Source: Smithella sp. (GTDB taxonomy: Bacteria; Desulfobacterota; Syntrophia; Syntrophales; Smithellaceae). From it: a stretch of DNA of 64,000 bases. The stretch lies in assembly GCA_049517435.1 (NCBI GenBank), contig JBEKRZ010000014.1, positions 7,443 to 71,442 of the forward strand. The letters are read 5' to 3'. Shown one piece after another: positions 57,705 to 64,000 of this stretch (position 1 is its first letter; each line of letters opens with the position of its first letter). The notes beneath the pieces are model-generated. The model was given only the letters and a program-made list of their open reading frames with translations. It was not told the DNA's origin and searched no databases. The position numbers and the translations under genes are program-made.

Positions 57705-57910
57705 AACACCTGGTGTAGCCTGCGGAAGCTTTACACCTTCCCGTGTTCCAATCTTCCACTTGCGACAGGGATATTCACGACGGTCGGGATCCTGATATTT
57801 TCCTCAGCCTGACTCAGGGCGGTCTTCCGATCCTTCAAGGCATAACGGTTCAACCCTGACAGGTGTATCGGCCCCATGTAGCGCTGCCACTCAATGATCC
57901 CCGCATCCAC

Positions 57911-58051
57911 GAAAAATGGTGCATGGAATACAAGACATTCAGGCCACACAGCTCACTGAATTACTGTCCTCCAGCGCCAGAGGCGTACCTGAATTGAAAA
58001 AAATGCCTGAACTCTGACTTAACTTGTGGTACAAAGACTTGGGGCAGATCA
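57911..58051 (+). mobile_element. Second IS3-family right-end remnant
   Basis: EKWCMEYKTFRPHSSLNYCPPAPEAYLN* followed by GTGGTACAAAGACTTGGGGCAGATCA; clearly homologous to 20378-20562. Confidence 0.8.
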
Positions 58052-58073
58052 GTTACAGGGAATCAATATAAAT

Positions 58074-59381
58074 TTATTCCATCCTATCTTTCTTCATATC
58101 AAGCATGTCAAAAAAGGCATCTATCCTTGTTTTAACGAGGGGGAATGAATATGCCCTTGGATCGATACAATCTCCATCAATGACGAGCCAGGGTGTGACA
58201 TCTTTCAGATGTTCTGCACACATATGGATGGAACTGTAGAGATGACGGCATCCTTTATGGGTAAAGCCGATCATGCCATCAACATTAAACAGCTTGCCAT
58301 GCTTCTCGTAAATACCGAATTGTACTTCGACGGGGCTGTATGCAGGATTCGAGAGCATTTTTCTCGCAAGGCTGCGATATGGATCTGCAGGATCAAAGGC
58401 ATCCCAGAAAATCCAATTGGACATTTCATGCACCAGGTAGGCTCCGCGCTCTTTTTCGATATAATTGATAATGGTGTTGTCATAATAAGGTCTCAAATGA
58501 ATCCAGACAATTCTGTGGACGCCTTTTGAAATGCCGCCTTTGGCACAGGCAGCCTGCATTTCTTCGTAAAGGGATTTGAAGATGTCCACTGCAGCATCGG
58601 TGCCCCAGATGTTGAGCAGTACGACCGAATAATCAAGCATCTGAACGCCCCTGACCAACGGGTAGTTATTTTTTCTTAACTCCATGGCTTTCAAAAACCA
58701 TTCACGGGCTTCGTTTGAACGCTGCATTACCTCGTACAGCCTGTCCTCATTGAGTTTCCTGCCAGTTTCCTGTTCGATAAATTTTACCATGGACTTGAGC
58801 TGCTTCGCAACATAATCCACGGCATCCCTGTATTGATCAGGATTCATGACCACGCCGCCGAACGGCACATCGATAAAAAATTCCTTCCTCCCGCTAATCT
58901 GGGCGGATAATCGTGCAAGCTTCATCGCAGTATCGCATAGCTGAGATGTGGTTACAATAAAGTCCGGCTCCGGGAAAAGGTGCTCCAGCATAGCGCCAGC
59001 GGAACATGTTGCGAAGGAGCAGCTATCCATGCATTGGGTGTGAGATTCCCCTCTCTCCACGAGCACCCGGCTGATTCCCGCTCCGGCGATCCCTGCAGCA
59101 GCCATTTCCGCCGTGAATGGCACGATGTCCATCGCCTGGAATATTTCAGTGGGCATAAACAGACTGTGCCATACAACGCATGAATTCGGATCATACGCTT
59201 TCGTGAACATGTCTGTTATGCTCCGGCCTCGTTTTTGAGAAGCGCTCAACTCCGATGCCGGCTTCTTGAGCAGTGCGCCTGCCTTCTCCCCCATATCCTT
59301 CATGGTGGACTTCTCTTTGTGCTCCTGTGAAAACTTCAGGAAATCTTGCAATTGCTGAGTTCGTTTCAATCTATATTCCAT
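58074..59381 (-). CDS. 2-hydroxyacyl-CoA dehydratase subunit (HgdA/B, BcrB/C family)
   Basis: MDSCSFATC, TSQLCD, VDGMIGFTHKGCRH, IDGDCIDPR. Confidence 0.85.
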   Translation of the reverse strand: MEYRLKRTQQLQDFLKFSQEHKEKSTMKDMGEKAGALLKKPASELSASQKRGRSITDMFTKAYDPNSCVVWHSLFMPTEIFQAMDIVPFTAEMAAAGIAGAGISRVLVERGESHTQCMDSCSFATCSAGAMLEHLFPEPDFIVTTSQLCDTAMKLARLSAQISGRKEFFIDVPFGGVVMNPDQYRDAVDYVAKQLKSMVKFIEQETGRKLNEDRLYEVMQRSNEAREWFLKAMELRKNNYPLVRGVQMLDYSVVLLNIWGTDAAVDIFKSLYEEMQAACAKGGISKGVHRIVWIHLRPYYDNTIINYIEKERGAYLVHEMSNWIFWDAFDPADPYRSLARKMLSNPAYSPVEVQFGIYEKHGKLFNVDGMIGFTHKGCRHLYSSIHMCAEHLKDVTPWLVIDGDCIDPRAYSFPLVKTRIDAFFDMLDMKKDRME

Positions 59382-59386
59382 ATTAT

Positions 59387-60499
59387 CTACGCCTCAATAA
59401 AGTCGAGCAATTCAATGAAGGATCGGATTTCTCTCTGCGGTATGTCGCCTGATATATCCCCCTCAATCTTTTTGATGGGGATATTTTCCTTTTCCATGGC
59501 ATCCTTGATGAACTGGTATTCCCAGAAAAGATTATCGCAGCGCTTGGTTGCAAAATAAATGACCGCATCGGCCCTGAATTCACGCACCAGTTTCACAACT
59601 ATGTCCGGCGTCTGTTCTCCATGACTGCTGGCCATCCGCGCACAGGGCATCTTGCCCAGATAGCGCCTGCTGATTGCGGTCATGGGGTCAGTATCTGCTT
59701 CCATGTTGATTTCAGTATCAAAGTAGCGATAGCCCTGACAGGCGTCCTCACATACAACGATTCCGCCGGTGCCGTCCCCTTCAATATATTTAACGATCGA
59801 AGGATTATACATGCCCCCGTATAGAAGAATCCGGTATCTAAAATCATTGAATACACCGGTTTCCCTAATTTCCAGCTCCTGAAGATACGGTTCAAAATAC
59901 TCATTGAATTTTTCTTTGGGTGTGGACATGCAGATGTCAAGTATTTCCTGGACTTGGAAGCCACTCACGGACGGCTTTTCCCGTTTTCTTAACTCGTAGA
60001 GCCGATTTAAAAGTTGCCTGGTCTTATTATATAATTTGATTGAGCGGATCAGTGATTCATTTGATATGTGTTTATTGAACTGCTTCTCGATATCTTCCTT
60101 AAATTGATTCAAGGTTTTGCTGAAATATTCAACGGAAAGGTTTGTATTAACGGTTGGCACGGAAAACTGATAGGCAAATTGCGGCTTGACACTGGAATTC
60201 ATCTCTACCCAGCCGTCATATAAACGTCTCATGCACTCACAGCAGTGCGGAATAATGACCCCATCCATGTAGTCGTATTTACCTTCCAGCGCACCGCCAA
60301 AAATGCTGTGAACGAAAGAGCAGAGACCTCTGCTTAGATATACGTCGTCGTCTTCACACCCGGAACTCTTTCTTATGCCGTAGGTATTAAATCCGGCAGC
60401 GTGAAGAATCTCTTCAGGCATATATGTGCAGAACCACCCGATGGAGGGGCCGATATTTTTATAAGGCTCCAAAGTCTGTTTAAATTGACTCAGATTCAT
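59387..60499 (-). CDS. 2-hydroxyacyl-CoA dehydratase subunit (HgdB/D family)
   Basis: IGWFCTYMPEEILHAAG, LCSFV, HCCECMRR, VCEDACQG, PCARM, KRCD. Confidence 0.88.
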   Translation of the reverse strand: MNLSQFKQTLEPYKNIGPSIGWFCTYMPEEILHAAGFNTYGIRKSSGCEDDDVYLSRGLCSFVHSIFGGALEGKYDYMDGVIIPHCCECMRRLYDGWVEMNSSVKPQFAYQFSVPTVNTNLSVEYFSKTLNQFKEDIEKQFNKHISNESLIRSIKLYNKTRQLLNRLYELRKREKPSVSGFQVQEILDICMSTPKEKFNEYFEPYLQELEIRETGVFNDFRYRILLYGGMYNPSIVKYIEGDGTGGIVVCEDACQGYRYFDTEINMEADTDPMTAISRRYLGKMPCARMASSHGEQTPDIVVKLVREFRADAVIYFATKRCDNLFWEYQFIKDAMEKENIPIKKIEGDISGDIPQREIRSFIELLDFIEA

Positions 60500-60528
60500 T
60501 TTTGCACCTTTGATGATTGTTTTTTTTC

Positions 60529-62100
60529 TCAGTTACCGCCGGATTCGGCCACCAGATCATGGCCCATATCGGCCCGTACGGTTTCTTCATGATAATCATC
60601 GCAGGCACCGATTGCCGCTATCGTCTTCTTGTCAATTTGCAGCTTTACGAGGTCGCAGTAGTTTTCCTTCGGCAATCTCTTGGAACATTCATGGTATTCG
60701 CATTGAATAACGCTTGAAGTGATTCTGTAGACGTCCTCAAATCCCCTGAAACTGGTAACGATATTTCTTTTCTTGTGGAGCCTGCTTACGATCAGCGCCA
60801 TGCCAATAGCGCCCATCACATCGTGATACAGAGGTACGATAAGTTCAGGTTCTTCGCCGCCTCTTGCCTCGGCAATGTATTTTTCTAATTCCCGCTTCAC
60901 CCCTTTGTTCGCAGAAACGCCGCCCTGGAAAACAATTGGGGATCCCAATGTCTTTCTGCTAATTCCCAGGGTGTTGACAAAGTTTTTTGCGCATGCCTTG
61001 CAAAGACCGGCAATAATCGTCTCGATCGGGTAGCCTTTGGCCTGGGCATCGATCATACATGAATCCATGAAGACTCCGCACCTGGTCCTGAAGTCTATGG
61101 ATTTGACCGCTGTCAAGGCATAGTCGCCGAATTTCTCAATCGGAATGCCGAGCCTGTTCGCCTGCGCATCCAGCATGGCGCCCGTTCCGGCTCCACACCA
61201 TTCATTCATCTTTGACTTCTCAGGGATCCCGTTATTTACATATATAACCTTGGAATCCTGCCCGCCTATTTCCAGGATGGTTTGCACGTCCGGGATCTGG
61301 TGGATGGTTGCTGACGCATGGCTATATATCTCGGTCCTGTATGTATCCGCATTCAAAATGGACTTTGCCATCTCTCCGGAGCTGCCTGTAGTTCCCACAC
61401 CGATGATGACCGCATTGACCGGAAGCATCTGCTGCAGTTTCATGAAAGATGTTTTAATTGCGTCAAGAACCCGCCCGCGTGTGTAGGTATATACCGTTTC
61501 AATGACATTGTCGTACTGGTCGAGAAAAATTACATTCGTTGACACCGAACCGACGTCAACCCCTATAAATCCGTGCATTTTATGATTCCAAGCTTTTCCT
61601 GTATTTGAAAAAGCCCGCGTCTTCTCGTTTTCGTGGCAGTATTTGTATACAAGAAAATCAAAAGAACTCATCATCTCATCCAGCTTTGTGGCCATTGTTT
61701 TAATGTGCTTGTCCAGTTGAAGATTTTTTATGGTAACAGAGAGAGTCAGGTCCGTCTCATTATAGGACAAAGTTACGGATGCGTTATCATCATTGGTCAA
61801 AACATTTATGGTCTCAGGACTTAAGCAGTGGAAAGAAACCGGAAAGGTATCCAAAACATCTTTGAAAAAACGAATGATCGTTTTCGTATCATTTTCGGAC
61901 GGCTGAATTGGAGCATTAATAAACATCAATCTGAATCGTTTATTCATCTCAGGAGTAATAATCTGTGGAAACTCGGCAGTAATGAAATTAAATTGCTGCA
62001 ATAAATTTACCTTCTCATTATTCATGCTTTTAATCTTCCTCTTCTTCAGGATGTCATTAAATCCGAAGGGGATCCTGTAAGTAATGTGGTAGTTATTCAT
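60529..62100 (-). CDS. Acyl-CoA dehydratase activase (HgdC/BadF-G family ATPase) with ~175-aa unknown N-terminal extension
   Basis: GVDVGSVST, TTGSSG, EIGGQDSK, MNEWCGAGTG, CGVF, FQGGVSAN. Confidence 0.88.
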   Translation of the reverse strand: MNNYHITYRIPFGFNDILKKRKIKSMNNEKVNLLQQFNFITAEFPQIITPEMNKRFRLMFINAPIQPSENDTKTIIRFFKDVLDTFPVSFHCLSPETINVLTNDDNASVTLSYNETDLTLSVTIKNLQLDKHIKTMATKLDEMMSSFDFLVYKYCHENEKTRAFSNTGKAWNHKMHGFIGVDVGSVSTNVIFLDQYDNVIETVYTYTRGRVLDAIKTSFMKLQQMLPVNAVIIGVGTTGSSGEMAKSILNADTYRTEIYSHASATIHQIPDVQTILEIGGQDSKVIYVNNGIPEKSKMNEWCGAGTGAMLDAQANRLGIPIEKFGDYALTAVKSIDFRTRCGVFMDSCMIDAQAKGYPIETIIAGLCKACAKNFVNTLGISRKTLGSPIVFQGGVSANKGVKRELEKYIAEARGGEEPELIVPLYHDVMGAIGMALIVSRLHKKRNIVTSFRGFEDVYRITSSVIQCEYHECSKRLPKENYCDLVKLQIDKKTIAAIGACDDYHEETVRADMGHDLVAESGGN

Positions 62101-62940
62101 TAGTGCCTCCTTTGCTCCAAAAAGGTCTTATAATCTTAATTTTTTTTTCTACATGGGTTATCGGTAAGTCAATAGGTTGATCAATGGTCTTTTCCATCAC
62201 AGCGGTTTTCATAAAAACTCCTTTAATATCAATTGATTTTCATATATTTATTGAATCTAATTTATTCTGAAGCTCGAGTTGATTGCACTATTACATATTT
62301 TTTCTGGAATGTCTCACTTGTTTACTCATAGTATATTACAAGGCATAACCTAGTATTATGAGTCGACATCCTTTGGTTGGCTTGTTGATATAATCTAATA
62401 AATTAAGAGATTTACGGACGAAATACGAGATGGAGAACCCAATATGAAGAATGATGGATATAGGCACAAAGTAGTCCTGCAGTAGTAGTTGAATAGGATG
62501 AAAAAATGTCATGGGACGGACTAAACGAGCAGCCTTTCATGCTCAATGTATACAAGACGGTCTCTCAGTTGATGGTCTGGCAACCGCTGAACGGTAGGTT
62601 GTCGCGTGTGACTAAGTTTGCGATCAATGCTTATCTCAAACTCTTTATAGAGAAGAGCGTAATTAATCTCTTCCTGATTTACATTACCTGCAAGTTGAAT
62701 GTGCTATTGGCGGTGCTGGAAAACAAAACGGCTATAAGAAGTGGTGAAGTTCTTACAGCCGATATGTATTGGCTCGTCCGGAAAGATAATGAGGGCAGTT
62801 TTCATAATTTAAGATTACGGATGGAAATAGAGCAACGTGCTAGATCACTCGAAACACTGCAAACGATCGTTGATGATCAGTTTTGACGACCTTACAGGCC
62901 GCTGATATTCTCAAATACTAAACGTTGTTAACGTAGCCCC

Positions 62941-64000
62941 TTAGATTTTCTTTTTGCTCACTTGGTCTTTTAGCCTCTTAATATGACCTCTGCCCAGACC
63001 TTTAACTTCGCAGCCCATTTTCAGATAGTGGCGAATGCGGTCGTCATCGAGGATGCCGAAACAGTCGATGATTGCAATGGGATGGCCTGCGGCCTTTATG
63101 ACCTTTGATGGATCTAAACTGAGATATGCTTCATGCCGAACAGCAAGAACAAGAGCGTCGATATTCTTCAAGGACTTGTTCAGATCCTTTTGCACCCGTA
63201 AGTCTTTCAGTTTTTTTTGATTGCGAAAGAAGACGGACTTACTGTTGTTGGGATACTCTTCCTGATTCTCAAATTCAAACCAGTGATCGACGTAGGGGTC
63301 GTGCACCCGAATCTCGGCGCCCATTTCGGTAAGCCTGCGAATCAGAATTTCGGAGCCGCTATATCGTGTGTCACCTACATCTTCTCTATAAGAAGCGCCC
63401 AGGATGAGAACTTCCGAGCTGGCAATGGGCAAGCTCATATTACGCAAGGCGTCGCGGACAAGTTGAGCGGCATGCAGCGAGCGGGTGTCGTTGATATCAA
63501 TGGCCAGCGGGGTCATCCTAAACGTGTCGTCCTCAAAACCAAGAATGTGTCGGTTGGCCCATACGCCTAGGCCGCCGTCTTTCGGCAGACAGTAACCGCC
63601 GATGCCAGGGCCAGGAAAAATCATGTTGGAATGCGTCGGTCGCAGTTTGATGGCCTTGATGACTTTGATGAGATCCACGCCGTTTCTCTCAGAAAAGAGG
63701 CTCCATTCATCCAGAAAGGCCAAGATGGTAGCTCGGTAACTGTTTTCCACAACTTTTGCTGTCTCTGATTCAATCGGCCGGTCAAGTACCGTAAGGGGGA
63801 ATTTCTTGGTATTGAGCACTTCATTGAGAAACTTGACCACTCTTCGTTTGGCCTTTTCGTTAACACCGGAGCAGACGCGCCAGAAATCGCGAATGGATGC
63901 CACATAATCTCTTCCCGGCATAACGCGCTCGTAGCTATGGGCGATAAGCGGGTCACTCTTGATACCTCTTTGTCGAAAAACTTTTCTCATGGCTGGCAAG
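62941..64000 (-). CDS. Nucleotide-sugar dehydrogenase (UDP-Glc/UDP-GlcNAc/ManNAc DH family), 5' end outside the window
   Basis: SYERVMPG, ETAKVVENSYR, PGPGIGGYCLPKD, LGASYREDVGDTRYS, HDPY. Confidence 0.92.
   Translation of the reverse strand, partial: LPAMRKVFRQRGIKSDPLIAHSYERVMPGRDYVASIRDFWRVCSGVNEKAKRRVVKFLNEVLNTKKFPLTVLDRPIESETAKVVENSYRATILAFLDEWSLFSERNGVDLIKVIKAIKLRPTHSNMIFPGPGIGGYCLPKDGGLGVWANRHILGFEDDTFRMTPLAIDINDTRSLHAAQLVRDALRNMSLPIASSEVLILGASYREDVGDTRYSGSEILIRRLTEMGAEIRVHDPYVDHWFEFENQEEYPNNSKSVFFRNQKKLKDLRVQKDLNKSLKNIDALVLAVRHEAYLSLDPSKVIKAAGHPIAIIDCFGILDDDRIRHYLKMGCEVKGLGRGHIKRLKDQVSKKKI

Noticed and set aside
57731-57949. 72-aa minus-strand ORF
   Set aside because: Its start lies within the IS3 remnant; probably a gene fragment, but I cannot assign a family.
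58074-62100. Calling the operon benzoyl-CoA reductase (bcrCBAD)
   Set aside because: Only one activase-type gene is present and no aromatic-degradation neighbours; the family is shared with 2-hydroxyacyl-CoA dehydratases.
62506-62886. 126-aa plus-strand ORF, and a minus-strand frame 62521-62805 (MKTALIIFP...) with one internal TAG
   Set aside because: Neither has recognisable motifs; no pyl genes in the window support amber read-through. May be decayed sequence.
1-64000. tRNA, rRNA, tmRNA or classical riboswitches
   Set aside because: No T-loop/anticodon cloverleaf or riboswitch consensus was recognised by eye; tRNAscan-SE and an Rfam scan would settle it.

Overview
Gene-dense 64-kb chromosomal segment from an anaerobic bacterium. 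Gene content (family I CoA-transferase, lipases, enoyl-CoA hydratase, DUF2889, DUF6125, 2-hydroxyacyl-CoA dehydratase/activase) and moderate-to-low GC suggest a Syntrophales-like (Smithella/Syntrophus-type) Desulfobacterota fatty-acid degrader; this taxonomy is inference. The standout is a ~13-kb, all-minus-strand cytochrome island (21163-34385) that appears to encode a full quinone-to-cell-surface electron conduit. It has a porin, an 8-heme cytochrome and a 12-heme lipoprotein in Geobacter ombB-omaB-omcB order, a tetraheme/Fe-S/NrfD module (CbcSTU-like), a membrane-anchored cytochrome with 16 canonical plus 2 atypical heme motifs, System II maturation genes (ResB, CcsA/ResC), a zinc-ribbon/SurA-N protein and a monoheme cytochrome (41 canonical CxxCH in total). 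Also present: an AmmeMemoRadiSam cluster whose proteins carry export signals, a ThDP HACL-like/ADH/VOC/SCP2 cluster, an AT-rich Schlafen AlbA_2 gene bracketed by repeat arrays, a 5xPAS-LuxR regulator built from 357-bp tandem duplications, a modular palindromic repeat family at 8 loci (one copy supplies a stop codon), and two IS3-family right-end remnants. No tRNA, rRNA or CRISPR array was recognised.
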